Shown: piece by piece, positions 19,355 through 28,598 of the stretch
Numbering within the stretch: the first letter of the stretch is position 1
How the letters are laid out: every line of letters starts with the position of its first letter
Assembly: GCA_036264085.1 (NCBI GenBank)
Contig: DATARR010000045.1
Span: 19,649-83,648, forward strand
Source: Thermoanaerobaculia bacterium
GTDB lineage: Bacteria > Acidobacteriota > Thermoanaerobaculia > Multivoradales > UBA5704
Direction of reading: 5' to 3'
Length of the DNA stretch: 64,000 bases
Notes under the pieces: model-generated
What the model was told of the DNA's origin: nothing
The model's input: only the letters and a program-made list of their open reading frames with translations
The model's database searches: none
Program-made: the position numbers and the translations under genes

Positions 19355-19855
19355 ATGCCACGCCGCCTGCTGCCCGTCGCCGCTGTCGCGCTCTTCCTGA
19401 CTGCCGCCGCGCTGGCGCAGGAGCCGGCGCAGACGCCGGAGCCCAAGCCTGCCACGCCGGAGGCGCAGCCGGCCAAGAAGCCGGACGCCTTCAAGTATTT
19501 CTTTGGCAGGAGGGACGAGAAGGACAACAAGGACGCCAAGGACAGCAAGGACAAGAAGGACGCCGGAGCCAGGACCGAGGCGGCTCCGGTGAAGGCGGCG
19601 GAGCCCGCGGCGGTGAAGGAGGCTCCTCCGGCGCAGGCCCCGGCGCCCGCGCCGGTCCCCGAGCCGGCGGTCGCGAAGCCTGCTCCCAGGGTGGATGCCT
19701 TCCAATATTTCTTCGGGAAGAGCGCCCAGCCGGTCCCGGCCGCCGGGACCAAGAAAGACGAGCCTGGCGAGAAGAAGCCCCTCGACGCCTTCGACTACCT
19801 GTTCGGCAAGAAGGAGCCGGAGAAGAAGGAGCCCGCCAGGCCGCCGGGCTCGTAG
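19355..19855 (+). CDS. Secreted low-complexity protein with three 'DAFxY(F/L)FGK' repeats
   Basis: Signal peptide 'MPRRLLPVAAVALFLTAAALAQE'. Motifs DAFKYFFGR, DAFQYFFGK and DAFDYLFGK are separated by PA/KD-rich spacers. Confidence 0.55.
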   Translation: MPRRLLPVAAVALFLTAAALAQEPAQTPEPKPATPEAQPAKKPDAFKYFFGRRDEKDNKDAKDSKDKKDAGARTEAAPVKAAEPAAVKEAPPAQAPAPAPVPEPAVAKPAPRVDAFQYFFGKSAQPVPAAGTKKDEPGEKKPLDAFDYLFGKKEPEKKEPARPPGS

Positions 19856-19897
19856 ACGTCCAGATCGTCTGCTTGACAGCTTGGCGCGCTTCCGGGG

Positions 19898-21832
19898 ATG
19901 CTGCGGAGCGTGAACGTCTCAGCACCTCCCACGGAGCCTCACCAGCCTTCGCTCTCCGAAGTCCACGGCTCCGTCGAGATCCCGCGCCAGCTCTCCTTCT
20001 GGCGCCGCTTCTTCGCCTTCAGCGGCCCGGCCTACCTGGTCAGCGTCGGCTACATGGACCCCGGCAACTGGGCCACCGACATCGCCGGCGGCTCCAGGTT
20101 CGGCTACGGCCTGCTCTGGGTGCTGGTGATGTCCAACCTGATGGCCATCCTCCTCCAGAGCTTCTCGGCCCGGCTCGGCATCGTCACCGGCCTGGACCTG
20201 GCCCAGGCCTGCCGCGCCATGTTCCACCGCCGGATCTCGTGGGTCCTCTGGCTTCTGGCCGAGGTGGCCATCGCGGCGTGCGACCTGGCGGAGGTGCTGG
20301 GCTCGGCCATCGGCCTCCAGCTCCTCTTCGGCATGCCCCTGCTGCTGGCCGTCTTCATCACGGCGCTCGATACCTTCGTCCTCCTCCTTCTGCACCATAA
20401 AGGCGTGCGGCTGATGGAGGCGTTCATCCTGACCCTGGTGCTCACCATCGGCGTCTGCCTGGCGATCGAGGTCTTCCTCTCCCGGCCCGAGTGGGGGCCC
20501 ATCGCGGCCGGCATCGTGCCCCGGCTGCCGGGGGAGGGGGCACTCTACCTCGCCATTGCCATCCTGGGCGCGACGGTGATGCCGCACAACCTCTATCTCC
20601 ATTCGGCCCTGGTGCAGTCGCGGCGCAATGCCCACACGCCGACCGGCATCCGCCAGGGGATCCGCTTCAACATCATCGACTCGGTGGTCGCCCTGAACGG
20701 CGCCCTGCTGGTCAACGCCGCGCTGCTGGTGCTGGCCGGCGCGACCTTCTTCAAAGCCGGCCTGTTCAACATCGCCGAGATCCAGGACGCCTACCGTCTG
20801 CTCGAGCCGCTGCTGGGAGCCCGGATCGCGCCTATTGCCTTCGCCGTGGCATTGATCGCCGCCGGCCAGTCCTCGACGATCACGGGGACCCTGGCGGGTC
20901 AGGTGGTGATGGAGGGGTTCGTCCACATCCGCCTGCGCCCCATCGTCCGGCGGCTGCTCACCCGGGCGCTCGCCATCGTGCCGGCGGTGGTGACCATCGT
21001 CTTCTTTGGCGAGCGGGCGACGGGCAATCTGCTGCTGCTGTCTCAGGTGGTCCTGTCGCTGCAGCTCTCCTTCGCCGTCATCCCCCTGATCCAACTGGTT
21101 TCGGATCGCCGGTGGATGGGGCAGTACGCCATCGGCCCCTGGGCGAAGGTCGGCGGCTGGGTGGTGGCGTCGGTCATCGCGCTCCTGAACCTCAAGCTGG
21201 TGCTCGACGCCCTCGTGGACGGGATCAAAGGGGCGGGGAGCCACGCCTGGGTGCTCTGGTCGACGGCGGTGCCGCTGTCGCTGGGGCTGATGGGTCTGCT
21301 CGTCTACGTGATGGTCGTGCCCGCCCTGGAGCGCCGGCGGGGGCTGCCGGTGGGGGCCCTGGTGGGCGTCCACGGGCCGAGCCAGGTGCCGGAGATCGCG
21401 CCGCCGCGCTCGCCGCGCCTCATCGCCGCGGCGGTGGACTTCTCGCGCGCCGACAAGGTCGTCCTCTCCCACGCCGTAACCCTGGCCCGCGCCGGCGGCC
21501 GGGGGGCCAAGGTGCTGCTGTTCCACGTCGTCGAGTCGGGCGGTGCCCGGGTGATGGGCGGCGAGCTGCGCGACAGCGAGGCGCGGGCCGACCAGCAGCG
21601 CCTGGAGCTCTACTCCGAGGAGCTGGAGCAGTTGGGAGTGGACGCGAGCTACGACCTCGGCTTCGGCGAGCCCGCGGACGAGCTCGCCACCCTGGTCGAG
21701 GAGCACCGGCCGGACCTCATCGTGCTGGGCAGCCACGGCCACCGCCGCATGGGCGACCTCGTTCACGGCACCTCGGTGGAGCGCCTGCGGCACCGGGTGA
21801 AGGTGCCGGTGATGGTGATTCCGGCGGAGTAG
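19898..21832 (+). CDS. mntH: Nramp-family divalent metal transporter fused to a C-terminal universal stress protein domain
   Basis: 'GPAYLVSVGYMDPGNWATDIAGG' and 'MPHNLYLHS' are Nramp motifs. The C-terminal about 150 aa, 'VLLFHVVES...DLIVLGSHGHRRMGDLVHGTSVERLRH..KVPVMVIP', form a Usp domain. Confidence 0.85.
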   Translation: MLRSVNVSAPPTEPHQPSLSEVHGSVEIPRQLSFWRRFFAFSGPAYLVSVGYMDPGNWATDIAGGSRFGYGLLWVLVMSNLMAILLQSFSARLGIVTGLDLAQACRAMFHRRISWVLWLLAEVAIAACDLAEVLGSAIGLQLLFGMPLLLAVFITALDTFVLLLLHHKGVRLMEAFILTLVLTIGVCLAIEVFLSRPEWGPIAAGIVPRLPGEGALYLAIAILGATVMPHNLYLHSALVQSRRNAHTPTGIRQGIRFNIIDSVVALNGALLVNAALLVLAGATFFKAGLFNIAEIQDAYRLLEPLLGARIAPIAFAVALIAAGQSSTITGTLAGQVVMEGFVHIRLRPIVRRLLTRALAIVPAVVTIVFFGERATGNLLLLSQVVLSLQLSFAVIPLIQLVSDRRWMGQYAIGPWAKVGGWVVASVIALLNLKLVLDALVDGIKGAGSHAWVLWSTAVPLSLGLMGLLVYVMVVPALERRRGLPVGALVGVHGPSQVPEIAPPRSPRLIAAAVDFSRADKVVLSHAVTLARAGGRGAKVLLFHVVESGGARVMGGELRDSEARADQQRLELYSEELEQLGVDASYDLGFGEPADELATLVEEHRPDLIVLGSHGHRRMGDLVHGTSVERLRHRVKVPVMVIPAE

Positions 21833-21921
21833 GCTCTCGCCCCTTTCCGAGGAAAAAGCATTCGGCGTCCGTCTCCTACTGGAAATGAACCCTGTCGGGT
21901 TCGCTTCCCTTCGGAGGCCCT

Positions 21922-23547
21922 ATGCGTATCACGCTGGCAGCACCGCTCGTCGCATCACTCTTGTTCTCTGTCCCCACGACCGGGTGGGCGGGAGAAGTTA
22001 CCCCTGGGGACGGCACGCTCCTCGTCCATCACCGGACCGGGAAAGTTGAAAACGCTACCAAGAGGCCCGACCAAAAAGAATTCGATTTGGACTCCACGGC
22101 GCCGCACACCGTCTTGCTGTTCCCGGACGAAAAGGTCAGGGTCTTCGTCGGGGACCCCAACCCCTTCCTGTTCGCCTACAAGCTCGACAGCGCGACGCAG
22201 ACGCCGAACGCGGACTTCGAGGCTGCGGGAAAGCTGGCGGACGCACTGGGCGGAATCCCTGATGCGCTCGGTACTCTCGCGGGAGCGAGCAAACCTGGCG
22301 GGACCTTCTCAATGGCAATGGCAGCTCCGCAGCTCAGAGCAGCGTTTGCCCCGATGTTGGATGAAAAAGGGCGTCCCGACGCCAGCGAAATCCAAGACTT
22401 GAGGAAACGCGTTCAAACCCTTTTAACACTGGCAACAGATCCCAGCGAGAAGACTGAGTTGAGCCAGATCGATTTACAATTGACTAAAATGAATGATAGG
22501 CTCCAGGACAAGAACAAAGCCGTTTCCGACTCCGAGCTCCAGGCATGGAGGGCTGACATTCAGGACAGCCTCAATATCATTGCGGCAAAGCAGGCTGTCG
22601 GAGTGGCATTGGGCAAGCTGGATCAGAACTTTTGGAACAAATTTGTCGATAGTATCAAGAGCCTTAGAGAAAAAACAGCGGCGATCCCGCAGCTGATTGG
22701 GAGAGCTACGGGTAGCCCCAAGCAGGTTGAGGACCTCAAAGCGGAGGTCGAAGGCTGGAACTTTGCAGACATAGAGAAGACCATCAACGACGGATACGAA
22801 AAGCTCGATCAGGCTGAAAGTGAGATTCAACAGGCATTGAGAAAGGCGCCGGCCTTCAAATTCGCGAGCATCGACAGCCGGCTTGTCGCACTCGACGCCG
22901 CGCGAGGTCAAAAATATCAAGTGGATAAGGCGATCGGTCTCGTCAACGAGTTTATAAAGACGCTGAATCAAGTTGACAAGCCCCTTCAGATCGGAGATCC
23001 TGTCTCGTACGATCATACCAAGGACACGACGTTCAAGTTCTCGATTACGCCGAGCACAGAGAGAGCGAAGCAGGTTGCCGCCACCGGACGGAAGACCGGC
23101 ACGTTCACTCTCGTTTTCAAAGCCCGTTCGCTGGCGGGTCTGAAATTTGGCGCCGCTGCCGTCTATAGCTTTGTGAAGAAGCCCTCGTTCAAGACTGTGG
23201 CGGCGGATGGCAAGTTCAAGATCGTCGAGGACGACAGCGAGTACTCAGCGCAGAAGGTCGCGGCCATGCTGACGATCGTGCCGCGCTCATGGTCCGATCC
23301 TACGTTCGGAGGAGCCATTGAGCTAGGGGTCAATCCAGGGAAGGACGAGGTCGGTCTCTTCCTAGGAGGCGCTCTGCGGATTCAGGAAAGGATCCATTTC
23401 GGGGCCGGTTTCACCTATCAGCAGGTTCCAGCTCTCAAGGGTCAGAAGCCCGGTGACCTGCTCGATAAAGCGGAGGATCTAAAGGTGGGCCGCGAGTTCA
23501 AGGGAGGTGCCTACATTTCCCTGGGGATATCGGTCAAAATCAACTAG
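21922..23547 (+). CDS. Secreted hypothetical protein encoded by a markedly lower-GC gene, with a beta-rich C-terminus
   Basis: Signal-like 'MRITLAAPLVASLLFSVPTTGWAGE'. There are many A/T-ending codons, unlike the neighbours. The C-terminal alternating pattern '...GGAYISLGISVKIN' looks like beta strands. Confidence 0.6.
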   Translation: MRITLAAPLVASLLFSVPTTGWAGEVTPGDGTLLVHHRTGKVENATKRPDQKEFDLDSTAPHTVLLFPDEKVRVFVGDPNPFLFAYKLDSATQTPNADFEAAGKLADALGGIPDALGTLAGASKPGGTFSMAMAAPQLRAAFAPMLDEKGRPDASEIQDLRKRVQTLLTLATDPSEKTELSQIDLQLTKMNDRLQDKNKAVSDSELQAWRADIQDSLNIIAAKQAVGVALGKLDQNFWNKFVDSIKSLREKTAAIPQLIGRATGSPKQVEDLKAEVEGWNFADIEKTINDGYEKLDQAESEIQQALRKAPAFKFASIDSRLVALDAARGQKYQVDKAIGLVNEFIKTLNQVDKPLQIGDPVSYDHTKDTTFKFSITPSTERAKQVAATGRKTGTFTLVFKARSLAGLKFGAAAVYSFVKKPSFKTVAADGKFKIVEDDSEYSAQKVAAMLTIVPRSWSDPTFGGAIELGVNPGKDEVGLFLGGALRIQERIHFGAGFTYQQVPALKGQKPGDLLDKAEDLKVGREFKGGAYISLGISVKIN

Positions 23548-23610
23548 GTGATGCCTTCGGACAAGGTTTCGTTAGACTCGGGGGAGGTAAGCTGTATTCT
23601 TTTCCTCCCC

Positions 23611-23703
23611 CGCAGCACCACGTACGCCGACGGCACCGCCAGCAGCGTCACTAGCATGGAGAGCCCCAGCCCGCCGATCACCGCTAGGGCCAGGGGCTTC
23701 TGC
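23611..23703 (-). pseudogene. Remnant copy of the last about 30 codons of the RND permease gene
   Basis: About 90% identical over about 90 nt to 24491-24583. It translates to QKPLALAVIGGLGLSMLVTLLAVPSAYV, against QKPLALAVIGGLGLSTLVTLLAVPSAYV in the intact gene. Confidence 0.75.
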
Positions 23704-23753
23704 ATCTGTGATTCCAGCGGAGTAGGCGCTCCAGCCCTCGCCCTCTGGGGTCG

Positions 23754-24188
23754 TCAAGGGACGAGCGGATTCCGCGTCTTCAGCTCCGGGAAACGCGAAA
23801 AATCGCGGTCTGCTGACCAGAGCTCGGAGACGCCATGGCTGAGACAGAGGGCGGCGATGCGGGCGTCGTGCACCTTGGCGCCGGTCACCTGGCCAGCGGC
23901 CAGCAGTCGCCCGAGCACCGGCCAGTAGCCGGCGGGCTCGCTCAACAGCAGGACGCTCGGCGAGGCGAGCAGAGCAGTGACCTGCTCCAGTGCGCGCGGC
24001 AACTCAGTCGGGGGGCGGTAGATTTTAGGGTGGGTGGAGATGGCGAGGAACTCGTGTACGCAGGGCCAGGGAATCGCCCAGGTAGCCGTGCCCTCGATCA
24101 AGAGGCGCAAGGCCTGCCGCGCCGGCTCAAACCAGGGAGAATCGCGGCGATGAGCGTAGACCAACAGGTTGGTGTCGACTGCGATCAA
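23754..24188 (-). CDS. vapC: Type II toxin VapC (PIN domain); the ORF could start at TTG 24230
   Basis: 'LIAVDTNLLVYAHRRDSP' and 'LWSADRDF' are PIN motifs. A TTG start overlaps the antitoxin stop. Confidence 0.75.
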   Translation of the reverse strand: MIAVDTNLLVYAHRRDSPWFEPARQALRLLIEGTATWAIPWPCVHEFLAISTHPKIYRPPTELPRALEQVTALLASPSVLLLSEPAGYWPVLGRLLAAGQVTGAKVHDARIAALCLSHGVSELWSADRDFSRFPELKTRNPLVP

Positions 24189-24430
24189 GCCCCTCTCCCC
24201 GCGTAAATCCGGTCGCGAAGCGGCTCCCAACTCCCTTCTTCAATCTCGGGGGCGAGACCTTCTCCGGATACGCTGAGGTCGGGCCACTGGTAGGATGTTT
24301 TCTGCTCTCGCCGCGCCAGAGCGACCCGCAACCCTTCCTCGATCAGAGTGCGCATCGTCGTTCCCTCGCGCTGGGCGACCTCCCGCGTACGCGTGAACAG
24401 ATCCTCGGCGATTTCGACGGTCGTTTTCAT
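24185..24430 (-). CDS. vapB: Type II antitoxin (RHH/VapB-like)
   Basis: 'MKTTVEIAEDLFTRTREVAQREGTTMRTLIEEGLRVAL' has the ribbon-helix-helix pattern. It lies immediately upstream of and overlapping the PIN gene. Confidence 0.7.
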   Translation of the reverse strand: MKTTVEIAEDLFTRTREVAQREGTTMRTLIEEGLRVALARREQKTSYQWPDLSVSGEGLAPEIEEGSWEPLRDRIYAGRGA

Positions 24431-24459
24431 ATGGGTCGACCATATCATCGATATGGGCA

Positions 24460-27400
24460 CTATGGAAGAGCCCCGCGCCGCTCCTCCCGGTGCAGCGCCA
24501 CGTACGCCGACGGCACCGCTAGCAGCGTCACCAGTGTGGAGAGCCCCAACCCTCCGATCACCGCCAGGGCCAGGGGCTTCTGGAGCTCGGCGCCGGCTCC
24601 GAGCCCCAGGGCGAGCGGCAGCAGCCCGAAAAGGGTGCAGAGGGTGGTCATCAGGATCGGCCGCAGGCGTACCCGTGCGGCGGCGACGACCGCGTCGACG
24701 AACGGCTGCCCCTCGACGTGCAGGCGGTGGGCGTAGTCGAGCATCACGATGCCGTTCTTCACCGCCAGGCCGACCAGCAGGATCAGCCCCATGGAGGAGG
24801 AGACGTCGAGCTCCGAGCCGGCGAGCCGCAGCAGGAGGAAGGAGCCGCCGAAGGAGAGCGGCGCCGCCAGCAGCAGGATCAGCGACGGGGTGAGGGAGCG
24901 GAACTCGAAGACCAGGACGAGCAGCACCAGCGCGGCGGCGGCGCCGAAGACCAGCATCAGCTCGCGGAAGGCCTGGCGTTGCGACTCGTATTGGCCCCCC
25001 ACCTCGACGGAGTAGCCCACCGGCAGCTTGAGGCGGCGCAGGCGGGTCTGGATCTCGGTGGCGGCGCCGCCCAGGTCGCGGTTCTCCAGCCGCCCGGTCA
25101 CCAGGGCCACCTGGCGCAGGTTCTCGCGGGTGAGCTCGCTGTCACCCGTGGCCACCGTCGGCCGGGCCACGGTCGACAGCGGCACGATGCGGCCGTCCGG
25201 CGTGCGCAGAGTGAGGCGGGCCAGTCGCGCCGGGTCGTAGCGGTCGGCGTCGGGGTAGCGCACGCGCACGGGCACGGTGCGGTCGCCCAGCCGCAGGTCG
25301 GTGGCGCTCTCACCGAGCCAGGCGGCGGCGAGCTGGTTCTGGACCTGCTCGACGGTGAGCCCGGCGCGCCCGGCGGCCTCCGGATCGATCTGCCAGGTGG
25401 TCTCGGGCGCGCCCTGCTGCGGCCCCACCATGTCCACCACCCCCTTCACCCCCTCCATCTCGTGCTGGACCTGTTCGGCGAGGGCGGTGAGCGTGCGCGA
25501 GTCGTCGCCGAAGATCTTCACCTCGATCGGGTTGGCGGCCCCCTCGAGGTCGCCGATCATGTCCTGCAGGAGCTGGACGAACTCGGTGTCCATGCCCGGG
25601 ACGAGCTCGGCGATCTTCGGGCGCAGGCTGGCGATCACCTGCTCGGCGCTGCGGCTGCGCTGCGAGCGGGGCTTCAGCCGCACCAGGACGTCCCCCTTGT
25701 TGGGCTGGGTGGCGAAGAGGCCCAGCTCCGCGCCGGTGCGGCGGGAGAAGGCCGCCACCTCCGAGGTTTGCGCAAGCAGGTTCTCGATCTTGCGCACCTG
25801 CCGGTCGGTCTCCGCGAGCGCCGTGCCCGGCGGGGTGAAGTAGTCGATGACGAACCCCCCCTCGTCCATCGGTGGCAGGAAGCCGCTGGGGATCCCGCGG
25901 TAGAGCAGGTACCCGGCCACCGCCAGCACGAGGCCGGCGGCCACCGCCAGCCAGGGGCGGTGCACCGACGCCGTGAGCGTCCGCGTGTAGGCTCTGTCCA
26001 GCCGGCCGGGCTTCTCCTCCCGGGCGTGCTCGCCATGGCGGTAGGCGAAGCGGGAGAGCAGCGGGATGAGGGTGAGCGAGAGGAGGAGAGAGACCAGCAC
26101 CGAGACCGACAGGGTGAGCGATAGGGCGCGGAAGAACTGGCCGACCACGCCGGAGAGGAAGCCGAGGGGAGCCAGCACGACCACCGTCGTCAGCGTGGAC
26201 CCCACCACCGGCGCGAACAGCTCGTCCGTCGCCTCCTCGATCGCCGCCTCCCCCCGGCCACCGCGCAGCCGCCGGTGGATGTTCTCGACCATCACCACCG
26301 CGTCGTCGATCACCAGGCCGATCGCCACCGCCAGGCCGCCCATCGACATCAGGTTGATCGATTCGCCAAAGAGCCGCATGAAGAGGAAGGTCGCGAGCAC
26401 GGTGAGCGGCAAGGTGATCGAGGCGATGATCGTCACCCGCCAATCGCGCAGGAAGAGGAGCAGCACCAGCACGGCCAGCACGCCGCCGATCAGGATGGCG
26501 TCGCGGACGTTGGCGATGGCGGTGGCGACGAACTCCGCCAGGTCGTAGACCTTCGACAGCCGCAGGCCCGAGGGGAGGGTATGAGCGAGGTCGGCGAGCG
26601 TCTGCTCGATCCCCGCCTTGACGGCCAGGATGCTCGCTCCCGGCTGCTGCGAGATGCTGACCACGGAGGCGTCCCGGCCGTTGCCGGTGATCAGGGAGGT
26701 GCGGTCCGGAGCGCCGGGAAAGACGTTGGCGACATCGGCCACCCGGATCGCCGCGCCGTTGCGCACGGCGACGGTGGTGCGGGAGATGTCGGCGGCGGAG
26801 CCCCAGAGCGCCGACGCGAGCACCAGGTGCTCCAGGCCGCCGGCGGCGTAGTGACCCACGGGCGCCAGGCGGTTGGCGGTTTTGAGCGCCGTCGTCACGT
26901 CGTCCACGGTCAGCCCGGCCGCGAGCAGGCGGTCCGGGTCCGCCACCACCTCGATCTCCCGCGTGTCGGTGGCGGAGACCTCGACCCGGCCGACGCCCGG
27001 GACCCGCGCCAGCGCCGGCCGGATGACGTAGAAGGCGTAGTCGTTGAGGTCGGGGGTGGGCAGGCCGCCCGTCAGGTTCAGGCTGAGCATGGGGAAGGAG
27101 GAGACGGTCAGGCGCTCGACGGCGAGCGTCGTCTCCGCCGGCAGGTCCTGGCGCACCTCGACGACGCGGTTCTGGAGCTGCTGCAGGGCCGCCGACATGT
27201 CGGTGTTGGGATCGAACTGGGCCGAGATCTCGGTGGCGCCGCGGAAAGTCCGCGAGCGCACCCGGCGGATACCCGGTACCTCCATGGTCGCCTGCTCGAG
27301 CGGCCGGGTCACCGACGTCATCATCGACCGGGCGGGCAGCGAGCCGCTGTGGGCGATCACCAGCAGGCGGGGAAACTGGAGCGGCGGATAGATGTCGGAA

Positions 27401-27498
27401 GGCAGCGACTGCAGGACCAGCGCTCCGGCCCCCGCCAACAGCAGGGTGATCAGGAGGACAGCGCGGCCCTGGCGTTCGGCGAAGCGGGCGACGTTCAC
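24460..27498 (-). CDS. Efflux RND transporter permease subunit
   Basis: About 1012 aa from a GTG that overlaps the MFP stop (GTGA). It has the typical 12-TM RND architecture ('...VIDDAVVMVENI...', '...AVKNGIVMLDYA...'). The longer ORF in the track is an out-of-frame run-on. Confidence 0.85.
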   Translation of the reverse strand: MNVARFAERQGRAVLLITLLLAGAGALVLQSLPSDIYPPLQFPRLLVIAHSGSLPARSMMTSVTRPLEQATMEVPGIRRVRSRTFRGATEISAQFDPNTDMSAALQQLQNRVVEVRQDLPAETTLAVERLTVSSFPMLSLNLTGGLPTPDLNDYAFYVIRPALARVPGVGRVEVSATDTREIEVVADPDRLLAAGLTVDDVTTALKTANRLAPVGHYAAGGLEHLVLASALWGSAADISRTTVAVRNGAAIRVADVANVFPGAPDRTSLITGNGRDASVVSISQQPGASILAVKAGIEQTLADLAHTLPSGLRLSKVYDLAEFVATAIANVRDAILIGGVLAVLVLLLFLRDWRVTIIASITLPLTVLATFLFMRLFGESINLMSMGGLAVAIGLVIDDAVVMVENIHRRLRGGRGEAAIEEATDELFAPVVGSTLTTVVVLAPLGFLSGVVGQFFRALSLTLSVSVLVSLLLSLTLIPLLSRFAYRHGEHAREEKPGRLDRAYTRTLTASVHRPWLAVAAGLVLAVAGYLLYRGIPSGFLPPMDEGGFVIDYFTPPGTALAETDRQVRKIENLLAQTSEVAAFSRRTGAELGLFATQPNKGDVLVRLKPRSQRSRSAEQVIASLRPKIAELVPGMDTEFVQLLQDMIGDLEGAANPIEVKIFGDDSRTLTALAEQVQHEMEGVKGVVDMVGPQQGAPETTWQIDPEAAGRAGLTVEQVQNQLAAAWLGESATDLRLGDRTVPVRVRYPDADRYDPARLARLTLRTPDGRIVPLSTVARPTVATGDSELTRENLRQVALVTGRLENRDLGGAATEIQTRLRRLKLPVGYSVEVGGQYESQRQAFRELMLVFGAAAALVLLVLVFEFRSLTPSLILLLAAPLSFGGSFLLLRLAGSELDVSSSMGLILLVGLAVKNGIVMLDYAHRLHVEGQPFVDAVVAAARVRLRPILMTTLCTLFGLLPLALGLGAGAELQKPLALAVIGGLGLSTLVTLLAVPSAYVALHREERRGALP

Positions 27499-28598
27499 TT
27501 TGCGGGCTCCGCCGGCTCCGTCGATTCTGTCGATTCCACGGTCGCGCCGTCCGGCAGGGCCGTCTGGCCGCGCACGACGACCGGCTCGCCGGCCTTGACG
27601 CCGGAGAGGATCTCCACCTGGCCGCCCGCCACCACGCCGACTTTCACTTCGCGACGGTGGGCCTTCTTCTGGCCGTCCACCACGAAGACGTAGCTCGCCG
27701 TCCCCTCCTGCACCAGGGCGTCGGCGGAGACCAGGACGGCGGCGCGGTGCTCCTCGCCGTAGATCTCGACCTCCACGGCCAGCCCCGCCGGCCGGCGCGT
27801 GGGCGTGTCGAAGGCCAGCCGCACCAGGGCGGTGCCGGTCGCCGGATCGACGGACGGCGGCCGGGCGATGACGCGAGCCGGCTCGTCGGGGAAGCTGGCG
27901 CCGCGCACCCGCGCCGGGTTGCCCGTCGCCACCCGTCCGAGGTCGCCCGCGGGCACCGCGGCCTCGACCTGCAAGCGGGACGGATCGATGACGCGCAGCA
28001 GCGGGTCCGGGGCGCCGGCGGCGACGAGGTCCCCCACCTGGTGCGTGCGGGCGACGACGACGCCGTCGAAGGGGGCCCGCACCACCTCGCGTCCGGCGAG
28101 CTGGCCGGCGGCGGAGGTGGTGCTCCGGGCTTCGGCGACGGTCGCCTCGGCGAGGGCGAGGTCGCGCTGGGCGTCCTCCACCTCTTTGCGGGCGGCGATA
28201 CCGCGCTGGAAGAGACCGGAGAGGCGGGTGACGTTCTGCTGCGCGGTCTTGAGCTGTGCTTCGGCCCGCGCCAGGTCCGAGCGCTTGGCGGCGGCGTCCG
28301 CCTCCAGGCTGGGGATCTGGAAGCGGACCAGCAGCTCGCCGCGGCGCACCCGGTCGCCCACCGCTTTGGTCAGCTCCGCGATGCGGGCGTCCTGGGGCGG
28401 CGTGACGAGGAATTCGGCGCCGGCCGCCGGCTTCACCTGGCCGGTGGCGGCGACCACGGGGCGGATGGGACCGGAGAGGGCCGTCGCCAGGGTGACCGGC
28501 ACGGCCTGGGCGGTGTCGACCGCCTCGGGAGAGGCCTTGTGGCACGCCGGCAGGGCGAGCAACCCCAGGAGGAGACAGGACGAGGACGGGATTCTCAC
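27495..28598 (-). CDS. Efflux RND periplasmic adaptor (membrane fusion protein)
   Basis: Lipoprotein signal 'LLALPAC'. The coiled-coil hairpin and beta-barrel pattern is typical of HlyD_D23-type adaptors. It overlaps both neighbours. Confidence 0.8.
   Translation of the reverse strand: MRIPSSSCLLLGLLALPACHKASPEAVDTAQAVPVTLATALSGPIRPVVAATGQVKPAAGAEFLVTPPQDARIAELTKAVGDRVRRGELLVRFQIPSLEADAAAKRSDLARAEAQLKTAQQNVTRLSGLFQRGIAARKEVEDAQRDLALAEATVAEARSTTSAAGQLAGREVVRAPFDGVVVARTHQVGDLVAAGAPDPLLRVIDPSRLQVEAAVPAGDLGRVATGNPARVRGASFPDEPARVIARPPSVDPATGTALVRLAFDTPTRRPAGLAVEVEIYGEEHRAAVLVSADALVQEGTASYVFVVDGQKKAHRREVKVGVVAGGQVEILSGVKAGEPVVVRGQTALPDGATVESTESTEPAEPAK

Noticed and set aside
19022-19705. Full 227-aa minus-strand ORF overlapping the secreted DAFxYFFGK gene.
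   Set aside because: The portion beyond about 19257 is an Arg/Gly-rich shadow of the plus-strand gene. Only the C-terminal 78 aa, coupled to the CPBP start, look protein-like.
24460-28545. 1361-aa ORF that would fuse the RND permease to a long N-terminal extension.
   Set aside because: The first 350 or so residues are an out-of-frame read through the adaptor (MFP) gene. A GTG at 27498 overlapping the MFP stop gives a normal permease of about 1012 aa.
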